IMG/VR virus record: IMGVR_UViG_3300034355_000834
Source of the DNA: an uncultured virus (IMG/VR IMGVR_UViG_3300034355_000834)
Lineage: Duplodnaviria > Heunggongvirae > Uroviricota > Caudoviricetes
Length of the DNA stretch: 64,000 nucleotides
Reading direction: 5' to 3' (one strand)
Within the stretch, counting starts at the first letter, position 1. The number at the start of each line of letters is the position of its first letter. Positions 10,315-19,967 of the stretch are shown piece by piece. Both the position numbers and the translations under genes were made by a program. Below the pieces are notes generated by a model, which saw only the letters and a list, made by a program, of their open reading frames with translations, was not told where the DNA came from and made no database searches.

Positions 10315-11400
10315 ATGTCCGATGCTCGCACCGTTACCAGTATTCAAGCCAAAAAAGCCATGCTCAAAGGCTTCAAAACAAAGCGCCCACTATTTCTATG
10401 GGGTCCTCCTGGTATCGGTAAATCAGATATCGTTCAAGAAGTAACTGATGAATTGGGCGGTTACATGATTGACCTAAGATTAGGTCAACTTGATCCCACT
10501 GATCTTCGCGGTATTCCGTATTTCAACAAAGATATTTCTAAGATGGATTGGGCACCACCCATTGATCTACCAGATGAAGAATTAGCATCGCGGTATCCTG
10601 TTGTAGTGGTATTCTTTGATGAAATGAATTCAGCACCACCAGCTATTCAAGGTGCTGCCTATCAGTTGTTCCTTAATCGCCGTGTTGGTAAGTATGTTCT
10701 GCCGGACAATGTAGTCCTGATCGCTGCCGGCAATCGTGAAAGTGATAAAGGTGTTACATTCAGAATGCCCACACCATTAGCCAATCGGTTTGTTCACCTT
10801 GAAATGCGTGTTGATTTTCAATCGTGGGAAGAATGGGCAGTGAAGAATAAAATTCACAAAGATGTGGTCGGTTATCTCAACTTCGCAAAACAAGATTTAT
10901 ATGATTTTGATTCAAAATCATCTTCAAGGGCATTTGCCACTCCACGCAGTTGGTCGTTTGTATCACAATTTTTAGAAGATGATGATACTGATGATGATAC
11001 ATTGCTCAATCTGATCGCTGGCACGATTGGCGAAGGTTTGGCGGTAAAATTTATGGCTCATCGGAAGATTGCAAGCAAGTTACCAAAACCAGCCGACATT
11101 CTGTCTGGTAAAGTAACTGATCTTCAAGTGAAAGAAATTTCAGCAATGTATTCATTGGTGACCTCACTTTGCTACCAGCTAAAAGAATCGGTTGATAACA
11201 AAGTAGATCAAAATAAATTCTATGAAATGATGGATAACTTCTTCCGGTATTCAATGGATAACTTTGAGACTGAATTGGTAGTGATGGCAACCAGAATCGC
11301 TCTCACGGTATACAAGCTACCGATTCATGCACCAAAACTGAAAACATTCAAAGAATTTCATAGCCGTTATGGAAAATATATCACTCAGACTCAACCATGA
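10315..11400 (+). CDS. MoxR-type AAA+ ATPase
   Basis: Walker A GPPGIGKS, Walker B FFDEMN, AAGNR, LANRF and TPRSW; start moved to ATG 10315 after a GGAG RBS. Confidence 0.9.
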   Translation: MSDARTVTSIQAKKAMLKGFKTKRPLFLWGPPGIGKSDIVQEVTDELGGYMIDLRLGQLDPTDLRGIPYFNKDISKMDWAPPIDLPDEELASRYPVVVVFFDEMNSAPPAIQGAAYQLFLNRRVGKYVLPDNVVLIAAGNRESDKGVTFRMPTPLANRFVHLEMRVDFQSWEEWAVKNKIHKDVVGYLNFAKQDLYDFDSKSSSRAFATPRSWSFVSQFLEDDDTDDDTLLNLIAGTIGEGLAVKFMAHRKIASKLPKPADILSGKVTDLQVKEISAMYSLVTSLCYQLKESVDNKVDQNKFYEMMDNFFRYSMDNFETELVVMATRIALTVYKLPIHAPKLKTFKEFHSRYGKYITQTQP

Positions 11401-11846
11401 GGTAGCGGTAATTGCTTAATTGCTAAATTAGGCCAGCGATATCCGATTACATTTTTGATCGGATATCGCTTTATCGTGACTGACATTGGTGTATTAGCAC
11501 CAAGAATAAGTAGATTGCCTTGCTCATCTATGCCAGACGCAAATCCGATATGCAAAGAATGGTCTATATTCAACACAGTGACACACCCGATAGAGGCGCG
11601 TTGAATCGCAAATCCCCATCGCATATAAGAAGATATTACTCCACTTTTGCTTGATGATACATTTGAAAAATCAAGCACTGCGCCAACAAAAGCACCTGCC
11701 CAAAATATCTTATCATTAGTGATTGAGTTTAATTCAACATGCCGCCAGAAATTGATGTCTTTGAGCTTCGGACTCATACAAGACGGTTTTCTGCCAAGGT
11801 GTTTTTTGGCTTCTTGAAACCAAGTAGGTAGTTCTTCCGTGAACAT
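11391..11846 (-). CDS. TIGR02594/NlpC-P60-like protein, catalytic Cys apparently replaced
   Basis: W.QEAKKHLG, WAGAFVGAVL (family pattern WCxAFV), HIGF, ILGAN and GYRWP. Confidence 0.65.
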   Translation of the reverse strand: MFTEELPTWFQEAKKHLGRKPSCMSPKLKDINFWRHVELNSITNDKIFWAGAFVGAVLDFSNVSSSKSGVISSYMRWGFAIQRASIGCVTVLNIDHSLHIGFASGIDEQGNLLILGANTPMSVTIKRYPIKNVIGYRWPNLAIKQLPLPHG

Positions 11847-11856
11847 ATATCCTCAT

Positions 11857-12681
11857 CTATTTGTAGAGTTTGCCCAAAGTGGCTGGACCAGCAATACCAT
11901 CTGCTTTTAATCCATTATTTCTTTGCCATTGCATCAACGTGGCGGATGTTTGTAATCCAAATACACCATCATCAGTAATACCCAATGCTTTTTGTAATTT
12001 TTTTACTTCATCACCTCTTGATCCTAATTTCAGAATAACTGTACTTTCTTCTGTAACAGGAGTTGAGGAGGCTGATAGAATCTTTTTTGCCTTTGTAAAT
12101 CTAGCCAATCTATCACCCAATCCATTATTACCGCCGTTAATCAGTTTCGTGATCTGTGTGGTATTAGCTGCATCAGCCAATGGATTCAGATTTCTTTTAT
12201 TCCAAAACCAACATGCGCTCTCAAATGCGCCCTCTTTTGTCAAAAGATAATCAATCACTTCATCAAGCGACATATTTTTACTTTTGGCAAATTCTTCATG
12301 GTTGCTTTTTCCGGTCAACTGAATCAGTCCTTTGCCTCTATACTTCCATCCATCACCTGATGCTTCTGAACCATTTCCCATTCTATTGGCATATACTCTG
12401 TTCGCAATCTTGGTTGGTTGGCGAGCATATTCTTTTGCCAATGCGTCGGTTGGAAAATATTTTCTGAATGTTCTCCGAAGGCCCGACATTGAGTAATTTA
12501 GATTTTCTTTCAATACAGTAAAATCCAAACTTTCATGTCCAGTTTGAGCCAAAAACGATGCGATTCTGTTTACGTTATTGATACCGTATCTTGGTAAAAA
12601 GGTATTGCAGATATGCACCCATTCATCGGTCTTATCATTAGTTGACAGTATTTGCTTTAATTGCGAATTAGTGATTACCAT
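11857..12681 (-). CDS. GH19 endolysin with a C-terminal peptidoglycan-binding domain
   Basis: FLAQTGHES, ENLNYS, YRGKGLIQLTG, ITKLINGG.NGL.DR and LGSRGDEVKKLQ..DG.FG..T; start set at ATG 12681. Confidence 0.92.
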   Translation of the reverse strand: MVITNSQLKQILSTNDKTDEWVHICNTFLPRYGINNVNRIASFLAQTGHESLDFTVLKENLNYSMSGLRRTFRKYFPTDALAKEYARQPTKIANRVYANRMGNGSEASGDGWKYRGKGLIQLTGKSNHEEFAKSKNMSLDEVIDYLLTKEGAFESACWFWNKRNLNPLADAANTTQITKLINGGNNGLGDRLARFTKAKKILSASSTPVTEESTVILKLGSRGDEVKKLQKALGITDDGVFGLQTSATLMQWQRNNGLKADGIAGPATLGKLYK

Positions 12682-12683
12682 TG

Positions 12684-12758
12684 TTATCTCACGAAAATAT
12701 AACAAGTGACTTCGAATCCTAGCCGAATGTCTTTAAATTTTGGTGTTTCCCATTTCAT
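12684..12758 (-). CDS. pqqA: PqqA, pyrroloquinoline quinone precursor peptide (24 aa)
   Basis: Hand translation MKWETPKFKDIRLGFEVTCYIFVR*, with the W..P...D.R.GFEVT.Y signature (ExxxY); GAGGT RBS and TAAATA upstream. Confidence 0.9.
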   Translation of the reverse strand: MKWETPKFKDIRLGFEVTCYIFVR

Positions 12759-12787
12759 GATTTTTACCTCTAATGTGTATTTAGCAC

Positions 12788-12816
12788 TTGACACGCAATT
12801 GATATCATGGTAACAT
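12788..12816 (+). promoter_or_regulatory. Putative sigma70 promoter
   Basis: TTGACA-N17-TAACAT. Confidence 0.5.
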
Positions 12817-12930
12817 GAATACATGTGGGATTATATTTTTTACTTGCTGGTGCATTTTAGATTCGGTGAGAAGAAAAAACCGAATACCAAGCAGCTTGCG
12901 CATCAGAAAACGAATCATCAGGAAACTTCA

Positions 12931-13122
12931 ATGGCAAAAATTAAAACAGTGAGTGATCTTATTGCTATTCTGGAAAAATATCCAAAAAATACGCCAATAG
13001 CAATCTATAACAGCTACAATGCGTTTGAGATAGAAAGCGTCATTGATTATGAATCATGTGCTCTCATAAATTCTGGCAAAACGAATAATGCACTAATTGA
13101 AGAGACCAACAAAAAAGCATGA
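12931..13122 (+). CDS. Hypothetical protein
   Basis: MAKIKTVSDLIAILEKYP.. after AGGA; the ORF-track start at 12823 is an alternative. Confidence 0.55.
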   Translation: MAKIKTVSDLIAILEKYPKNTPIAIYNSYNAFEIESVIDYESCALINSGKTNNALIEETNKKA

Positions 13123-13304
13123 AAATCATATCTGTTAAGCATATCTCTGAACAACTATGTAAAAAAATGTATTGGTGGTGTTACAATACATTTGGACCAG
13201 GTGGCGAAAACAAGGATTGGTTGCTAGATGAAGATAGGTTTATTTTTTGGGAAGAGGATTACTTCACTTTATTCTTAATGCGTTGGGAAGGACAACGAGA
13301 TTAA
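13119..13304 (+). CDS. Small phage protein (WC..TFG..W..F..LFLMRW type)
   Basis: ATGA overlap; motif pattern common in large phages. Confidence 0.6.
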   Translation: MKIISVKHISEQLCKKMYWWCYNTFGPGGENKDWLLDEDRFIFWEEDYFTLFLMRWEGQRD

Positions 13305-13319
13305 AGATAAATATAAGTT

Positions 13320-14096
13320 ATGTTCTCTGCTCATATCTTAAAGCAAGACTGGTCTGGTGATTTACCCAGATATTGGAACAACGATAGTGCATTTAATACT
13401 CATTTTTTAAATGCTCTGAGCGTTGTTCTACCAGAGTGCGAAAAATTCTTTATCGGTGTGGTTAAACCATACATGAAAACAAGTGTAGATGATCGTGCCT
13501 ATATCTTGGAATTTATAAAACAAGAAGGCTACCATCGGTATGCTCATATGCAGTATAATGATTGGCTATCAAATCAAGGCTTGCCAATAAAGCAATTACA
13601 AGCCACCACAAATAAAAGGTGGGCGATTGCAAATAAGTTATTGACAAACAAGCAAAAGTTGGCTCTCACGATCTGCATTGAGCATATTACTGTCATTTAT
13701 GCTGCCGTTTTATTAGAAAACGAAGAAATGTTAAATGCAATGCATTCTCATTTTAAAAGCATCTGGATATATCATGCGGTGGAAGAAATTGAACACCGGG
13801 CAGTTACGATGGATATATGGCGAAATCACTATTCATCAGATTTAATGATTAAATCAATGATGCCTTTTGCACTGACAGGATACATGTGGTATGTTGGGAA
13901 ACACACATTGGTATTCTTGCATCATGATAAACAACTACTCAAGCCCCAAACATGGAAAGATATGATCACGTTTTTATTCAACAAGAAAACAGGATTGATC
14001 AGACGCTCATTTTTAAAATGGATGGATATCATGAAGCCGAACTTCCATCCCAACGACCACGACCATTCTCATTTACTGAAAATTAGTAAAATTTGA
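13320..14096 (+). CDS. Predicted metal-dependent hydrolase (ferritin-like, Metal_hydrol family)
   Basis: HFLNALS..LP..EKFFI, FIKQEGYH..AH, EHIT and YHAVEEIEHRAV. Confidence 0.85.
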   Translation: MFSAHILKQDWSGDLPRYWNNDSAFNTHFLNALSVVLPECEKFFIGVVKPYMKTSVDDRAYILEFIKQEGYHRYAHMQYNDWLSNQGLPIKQLQATTNKRWAIANKLLTNKQKLALTICIEHITVIYAAVLLENEEMLNAMHSHFKSIWIYHAVEEIEHRAVTMDIWRNHYSSDLMIKSMMPFALTGYMWYVGKHTLVFLHHDKQLLKPQTWKDMITFLFNKKTGLIRRSFLKWMDIMKPNFHPNDHDHSHLLKISKI

Positions 14097-14151
14097 CGTT
14101 GACATTTTTGTCACGCGCTGATATCATTCACGTTTTACTCGGAGATTTTGC

Positions 14152-14512
14152 AATGACTATGCTTGGCCCTGGTCTGACTTCACTTAACACCAAAAAGCGC
14201 AAGAAAAAATTCAAGAATGCCGAGGAAAAGCGGCAAGCCGAATCTTACGAAGCGTGGAAGAAAGAGCTAAAGGCTTCTCTAAAATCACCAGAAAAACCCA
14301 AGCGCCTTAAAGTAGATTATAGCTTTGTTCGTGAAACACCACATTATCCAAGTCGTGAGGAATCTGGTTCAGCCGTAACTCCTCGCAAAGAATCCAGAGT
14401 GTACGAAGGTGAGCGTACACTGATCGGCATAGCAACATTACACAAATCCAATATGCAACCGGTATTTGATAAAGAATATGCTGCTGATGTTGCCAAAATG
14501 CGACGTGGGTAA
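14152..14512 (+). CDS. Conserved phage hypothetical protein
   Basis: GGAG RBS; C-terminal IGIATLHKSNMQPVF..DVAKMRR; TTGACA-N17-TATCAT upstream. Confidence 0.65.
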
Positions 14513-14578
14513 TTCGCTTGACAACGAGGATAGTATCGGATACAATAGCGTTTACTTCAATCAAGTAGGATCAAGCAC

Positions 14579-15847
14579 ATGACATTCGTAACCAACAAAA
14601 AAATCACGGCACCAGAAAGCTTCATCGGTGAATTTGATGCCTCATTGGATGCCAAAGCTCGTGAAAAGCTAATCACTGCCAGAGTTGGATTACTGATCCG
14701 AGCTTCATTCTTTGGCAATCTTGTTACCCGAATGAACCTCATCAATGCTGATACTACGATTGAGACTATCGCCACTGATGGTAGAAATTTTTACTATAAT
14801 TCTCGTTTTGTAAATTTTCTCACTCAAGGCGAACTTGAATTTGGGTTCGCCCACGAAATTCTTCATTGCATATATGACCACTTTGATCGCAGAGAAGATC
14901 GTGATCCAAAATTATCTAATATTGCTGCCGACTATTGCGTCAATGCTGACCTGAAAAAACATAATATCGGGACTTTTATCACCTCTGTACCCTGTCTGTA
15001 TAATGAAAAATATATCGGGTGGAGTTTTGAAAAAGTATATGATGATCTATATGAATCAATGGATAAAATCAATGTTGATCAATTGATGGATCAACTGTTA
15101 GACGAACATCTTGAAATCAGCGATGATGCAAACGGAACTGATGATTCTGATAACGATGGTCATGGCAAAAAACCCACTATCAGTCGTTCTGAAATGAATG
15201 AGATTAAGAACGAACTAAAAGAAGCTATTCTTACAGCACATCAAACAAGCAACGACGTCGGTGATCTACCCGATGGCATTCAACGAGTTATCAAAGAACT
15301 CACTGAACCAAAATTAAATTGGCGAGAATTGCTTAGATCACATCTTGAATCTACAATCAAATCAGATTTCTCTTGGACTCGCCCATCCAGAAAAGGATGG
15401 CACACTGATGCAATCTTGCCGGGTGTTATCGGCGATGATTTAATCAATATTGCTATTGCTATTGATACTTCTGGTTCAGTAGATACCAAAATGCTAAAAG
15501 ATTTTTTGAGCGAGGTTGCTGGAATTACCGAAACATTTCCTGCATTTAACATTCATTTGTTCACGTTTGATACTGAAGTTTATAATCCAACCACTTTTGA
15601 TAACGATAGTATTGTAGATATTACTGAATATCAGATTTATGGTGGCGGTGGAACTGATTTTAGAGTTATCTTTAAGTATCTCAAAGAACATGATATAGTC
15701 CCGGATAGGCTTGTTATCTTCACTGATTTAGATTGCTATTCTTATGGTGATGCTAATTATGCAGAAACACTATGGATAGCATTTGATCGCGGATATAAAG
15801 CGCCCGATGCACCTTTTGGTCAAACAGTGCGTTACACAGAAAAGTGA
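14579..15847 (+). CDS. DUF2201 metallopeptidase plus VWA-domain protein (likely MoxR partner)
   Basis: ATDG, AHEILH (HExxH), MIDAS DTSGS, GGGGTDF and IFTD; TTGACA-N17-TACAAT at 14518. Confidence 0.88.
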   Translation: MTFVTNKKITAPESFIGEFDASLDAKAREKLITARVGLLIRASFFGNLVTRMNLINADTTIETIATDGRNFYYNSRFVNFLTQGELEFGFAHEILHCIYDHFDRREDRDPKLSNIAADYCVNADLKKHNIGTFITSVPCLYNEKYIGWSFEKVYDDLYESMDKINVDQLMDQLLDEHLEISDDANGTDDSDNDGHGKKPTISRSEMNEIKNELKEAILTAHQTSNDVGDLPDGIQRVIKELTEPKLNWRELLRSHLESTIKSDFSWTRPSRKGWHTDAILPGVIGDDLINIAIAIDTSGSVDTKMLKDFLSEVAGITETFPAFNIHLFTFDTEVYNPTTFDNDSIVDITEYQIYGGGGTDFRVIFKYLKEHDIVPDRLVIFTDLDCYSYGDANYAETLWIAFDRGYKAPDAPFGQTVRYTEK

Positions 15848-15895
15848 ACCACTGTATATACGCAATATAAATAGAATTGCGAAATTTTAACAACA

Positions 15896-16132
15896 ATGAG
15901 GAAAACTATGGAAAATAAAGAATTTACATCAAATCTGACCGTGAGTGATTTGGTCAATATCAAAAATATTATTGACGTTGCGTCTGCTCGTGGATCATTC
16001 AGGGGCGAAGAGCTATCAGCGGTCGGTGAGGTTTACAACAAGCTGGCTAAGTTTATTGACTCTATTACAGAGGCATTAGAAAATTCATCAGAGTCAGATG
16101 AATCAGATAATGAAGAACCAACAGGCGAGTAA
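15896..16132 (+). CDS. Conserved hypothetical protein
   Basis: LTVSDL..IIDVASARGSF..EELSAVGEVYNKL; TATAAATA upstream. Confidence 0.7.
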   Translation: MRKTMENKEFTSNLTVSDLVNIKNIIDVASARGSFRGEELSAVGEVYNKLAKFIDSITEALENSSESDESDNEEPTGE

Positions 16133-16138
16133 ATCATA

Positions 16139-16894
16139 ATGTCAAATTTTATTAAACACGTTGGGAAACATGGTGACCGCAAGGTCTGCATTTTATTTAG
16201 GCAGGTACCTGGTGAAGACCACATGAGTTTAGTGATATATCCGGAAGTTTTGCCCGCACATTGGCATGATGCCATCATGAAGGTTATTGAAAGTCCAGTA
16301 GGACAACAAGCAGAAGAATTAGCAGACGCATTTCATCGCAGTATGCTACCAGATGGTCGCCTTATTCTTGAAACGCTTCATGTTGAGCGTATGATTAAGA
16401 AGGTGCGTTCCGCTGATATTCTTGTTACACCGCAACCAAACGCTTCTATTCGTCTTGATGAACTCAACAAGATGCTAAACGAAATGAAGCAAGGGCAAGA
16501 TGCTATTGCACGAATGGCAAAAAATGATGCCAGCCGAGGTCTCGTTGATCCATTTACCAAGAGAGCGGCTGAAGCAGAATACAAGAATTCATTGACCAAT
16601 CCTGCCGATATTGCTGAATCATTCCAAGAAAATGATGGCCTAAGTGATAAAGATATCGCTAACAATATGCTGGCCCAAGCTATTCAGATGGAAAAGGAAG
16701 CTAAGGGAATGATCGCAGAGGCAGCAAGGATGAAGAAGGATGCAGAGCGTATGTTTCCGGCGGCGTCGGCGAAGGCTGCAAAAAAGGTGGCTGTTTCGGT
16801 ATCTGAAGAGAAGCCTGTCACAATTAGCTCGGTTGATAAAAAGGCAACCACCAAAACAACCACAGCCAAGAAACCAAAAACAACCAAAGCATAA
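16139..16894 (+). CDS. Conserved hypothetical protein
   Basis: 251-aa ORF with a Lys/Thr-rich tail. Confidence 0.75.
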   Translation: MSNFIKHVGKHGDRKVCILFRQVPGEDHMSLVIYPEVLPAHWHDAIMKVIESPVGQQAEELADAFHRSMLPDGRLILETLHVERMIKKVRSADILVTPQPNASIRLDELNKMLNEMKQGQDAIARMAKNDASRGLVDPFTKRAAEAEYKNSLTNPADIAESFQENDGLSDKDIANNMLAQAIQMEKEAKGMIAEAARMKKDAERMFPAASAKAAKKVAVSVSEEKPVTISSVDKKATTKTTTAKKPKTTKA

Positions 16895-16897
16895 ATC

Positions 16898-17200
16898 ATG
16901 AATCATATTGAAGATTTTTTGAGTCAATGGGAATCAATTGTGGAGGATGTCCATAAAACGGATGTTCCGATTGAGTGTATCAAGAAAGTAATCTTCAAGC
17001 TTGAAGGCCGAAAACAAAAAACAATAAACATTCATGCCCTATTAAAACAGGGCATGGAGTATCCTGAGATTGAATCTTTGTTATCGCGTTTATTTAACGA
17101 ATATGATGGGTATATCAACGATGTTGATTTCGTCATTGATATTAGCTCAGTAGCTCAAATTATTCAACCAGAAACGGACAAGCTTTTAGAAAAACTGTGA
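16898..17200 (+). CDS. Hypothetical protein
   Basis: 100-aa ORF in the operon. Confidence 0.7.
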   Translation: MNHIEDFLSQWESIVEDVHKTDVPIECIKKVIFKLEGRKQKTINIHALLKQGMEYPEIESLLSRLFNEYDGYINDVDFVIDISSVAQIIQPETDKLLEKL

Positions 17201-17661
17201 AACTCAGGGAAATCTCAGATTGGTGCTTAGATAGAGTGATTGAAACCACTCTATTTGAGATGGCCAACAGTAGAAGTGATGCCATTGAAGTCGTTCGCGG
17301 AGTATCAAATCAGATAATTTATCATCTGATTTATTTGTATCTATACCCGAATTCCAACGCAGTAAATCATTGGAAAAGCGAACTAAACAAGTTTTTGAAC
17401 ATCGCCGATGATCTATATCTAAAGCCTTCTGGCAAGAAAAAATTAAAAGGACCAGATTACTATAAGTTATTATTCCAAAACCACTTGGAAGGTGATATGA
17501 TTCAATTATCTTCCAGAATTAGAAAAGCTATAGCAAAAGAGGGATCTCCACAAATTCAGATAAATGAATATTTTCTGAAAGAGAGATTAGAAAAGATTTT
17601 GCACACAATTAGCTATGACTTGGCAAACGACAAGTTCACCGATATAAACGATTACCTATGA
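17197..17661 (+). CDS. DUF29-like protein, tandem copy 1
   Basis: IIYHLIYL......NHWKSEL pattern; paralogue of the next gene. Confidence 0.6.
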   Translation: MKLREISDWCLDRVIETTLFEMANSRSDAIEVVRGVSNQIIYHLIYLYLYPNSNAVNHWKSELNKFLNIADDLYLKPSGKKKLKGPDYYKLLFQNHLEGDMIQLSSRIRKAIAKEGSPQIQINEYFLKERLEKILHTISYDLANDKFTDINDYL

Positions 17662-18122
17662 GAATTAACGAAATTTCAGATTGGTGTTTAGATAGAGTGA
17701 TTGAAACCACTCTATTTGAGATGGCTCATGATCGTAAAGTTGTTATTTCTACGGTTAGAGGGTTAGCTAATCCGATAATTGATCACTTGTTGTACATAAT
17801 ACTGTATAGTAATTCCACAGCAATAAATCATTGGAAAAAGGAATTAAATTCCTTCATTCTCAGGTTGAATAGATTAAGCCTAAAACCATCTGGCAAGAAA
17901 AAATTATCAGGTAATACCTATTACGATTTACTATTCAATGAACCACTTGAGGGTGATATTATTCAGCTTGATAGAATATTAAAATACATCATAGAGAAAG
18001 AAGGCACTCCCACCATTGATATTAACAAATTCCAAATCAAAGAGAGATTAGAAAAGATTTTGCACACAATTAGCTATGACTTGGCAAACGACAAGTTCAC
18101 TGACATAAACGATTATATTTAA
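17658..18122 (+). CDS. DUF29-like protein, tandem copy 2
   Basis: Same length as copy 1 (154 aa) with near-identical termini. Confidence 0.6.
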   Translation: MRINEISDWCLDRVIETTLFEMAHDRKVVISTVRGLANPIIDHLLYIILYSNSTAINHWKKELNSFILRLNRLSLKPSGKKKLSGNTYYDLLFNEPLEGDIIQLDRILKYIIEKEGTPTIDINKFQIKERLEKILHTISYDLANDKFTDINDYI

Positions 18123-18128
18123 AGGAAC

Positions 18129-19967
18129 ATGAACAACGAAGAATTATCACCCAATGACATAAAATTTGTTAAACTAATCAGTTCAACTGAACCATCCGCT
18201 GAACTTCAGTTTAATAACATCATTGATGCACAGGATTTAATTGCATTCTGCGCTCGCGTTAGTAATCCCGCCAATCAATACAACACAGAAACCAGTGAGA
18301 ATTTAATTAACTATCTCATTAAACATAAGCATTGGTCACCATTGGAAATGGTAGATGTTACAGTCGAAATTGAAACAGTACGAGATATCGGTCGCCAACT
18401 ATTACGGCATCGTTCTTTTGTTTTCCAGGAGTTCTGTTTGTCTGGCGATTCGGAGATTCATTTTGCGGTTCCTTGTAAATTAAAAAAAGGAAGTTATAAA
18501 CCAACCAGAAAAATGAAATTATCAGAATTATATGATAAGTGGGAAAACGGCGCAAAATCTATAAAACATTCTCATAATAAAAACATTGAAATGAGAATGC
18601 CGCTCAGGGAAAGAATCAAAAACATGAATATTAAATGTTTTGATGAAATTACCGGAGAATTAACTACTTCACATATTAAAGAAATTTTTTATACCGGAAA
18701 AAAAGAATTGTATGAAATTACATTGTCTGATGGTAAAAAAATAAAGACCACAAAAGAACATAAATTCTTAACAAAAGAAGGGTTCTTGCCACTTGAAGAA
18801 GTGGTTGGTCTAAAACTGGCTAATGGCAGACCAGTTATGACAAAGAAAATGGATATTGGAGTTAATGGTATCCCATTATACCAAGACAAAAAATGGCTAG
18901 AGGAAAAAAAGAAAGAATCTATTTTTCATGGAGGAGGCTTACGATTTTTAGTTGAAAAATATGGAATAAATTATAATACATTAAAGAAATGGATTAAAAA
19001 ACACGATTTAAAATACACAACAAAAGAAATCAGTATCATTACTGGCGGTCCGTGGAATAAAGGAGTTTTTGGATATTCAACAGGCGAAAGATCAGAGGAA
19101 ACCAGAAGAAAACAATCTGATTCAGCTAGGAAGGGATCAGATTCCAATTTTTGGAGAGGTGGTGGTAGCAAAAAACGAAAGGGGATTTATGGCGTCGATG
19201 CTTTGAGTTTCAGGAGAGCAAAAAATCATACTTGTGAAAATTGTGGGAAATACGGAGAGGCGACAGATATCCACCATATTATTCCAGTTTCAGTAAATCC
19301 TTTATTAGAAAATGAAAAATCTAATTGGCAACTTTTATGCAGAGAGTGTCACATAGAACATCATAAAAATAATAGAGATCCTGGTTGGCAAGCAATGGCA
19401 GCAAAATCAAGAAAACAGTCTGCATTTACTATCAAGTGGTGTTCTATAGAAAAGATAGAATATATTGGTATAGAAGATACATACGATATTGAGATTGATC
19501 ATGCTAGTCATAATTACGTCGCGAATGGAATCGTTGTTCATAATAGCCAAAGGTATGCTGACGCAACAAAAGAGCTATCAATGACTCCAAGAGAGGCCAG
19601 ATTTCAAGATACTAAAAATAGACAAAATAGCCTTGATCTTGATCTCAATGATGAACATCATCGTGAATTAGCCAAGGAATGGTTGCGTAAACAACAAGAA
19701 GTAATCAGGCTAACTCGGTCAACGTATGAATGGGCAATCAACAATGGATTGGCCAAGGAAGTGGCAAGAGCAGTATTGCCAGAGGGAATAACTGGTTCAA
19801 GAATGTATATGAAGGGTTCCATTAGATCATGGATTCACTTCATTTCTGTAAGAACGGATGAATCTACGCAAAAAGAACATCGCGAGATTGCTCTCGCGAT
19901 AGCTTATGTAATTGCCAAAATATTTCCGTTATCAGTTAAATTTATTGAGCAAGGTAAGGTCGGATAA
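18129..19967 (+). CDS. thyX: Flavin-dependent thymidylate synthase with an intein
   Basis: AFCARVS, HWSPLE, RQLLRHRSFVFQEF|SQRY, KEVARAVLP, RSWIHF and TQKEHREIA. Confidence 0.95.
   Translation: MNNEELSPNDIKFVKLISSTEPSAELQFNNIIDAQDLIAFCARVSNPANQYNTETSENLINYLIKHKHWSPLEMVDVTVEIETVRDIGRQLLRHRSFVFQEFCLSGDSEIHFAVPCKLKKGSYKPTRKMKLSELYDKWENGAKSIKHSHNKNIEMRMPLRERIKNMNIKCFDEITGELTTSHIKEIFYTGKKELYEITLSDGKKIKTTKEHKFLTKEGFLPLEEVVGLKLANGRPVMTKKMDIGVNGIPLYQDKKWLEEKKKESIFHGGGLRFLVEKYGINYNTLKKWIKKHDLKYTTKEISIITGGPWNKGVFGYSTGERSEETRRKQSDSARKGSDSNFWRGGGSKKRKGIYGVDALSFRRAKNHTCENCGKYGEATDIHHIIPVSVNPLLENEKSNWQLLCRECHIEHHKNNRDPGWQAMAAKSRKQSAFTIKWCSIEKIEYIGIEDTYDIEIDHASHNYVANGIVVHNSQRYADATKELSMTPREARFQDTKNRQNSLDLDLNDEHHRELAKEWLRKQQEVIRLTRSTYEWAINNGLAKEVARAVLPEGITGSRMYMKGSIRSWIHFISVRTDESTQKEHREIALAIAYVIAKIFPLSVKFIEQGKVG
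18435..19544 (+). mobile_element. Intein (370 aa) with an HNH endonuclease
   Basis: Starts CLSGDSEI, block B TKEHKFLT, ends YVANGIVVHN|S; internal CENC..HHIIP..N...LCRECH HNH motif and a NUMOD3-like segment. Confidence 0.93.
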
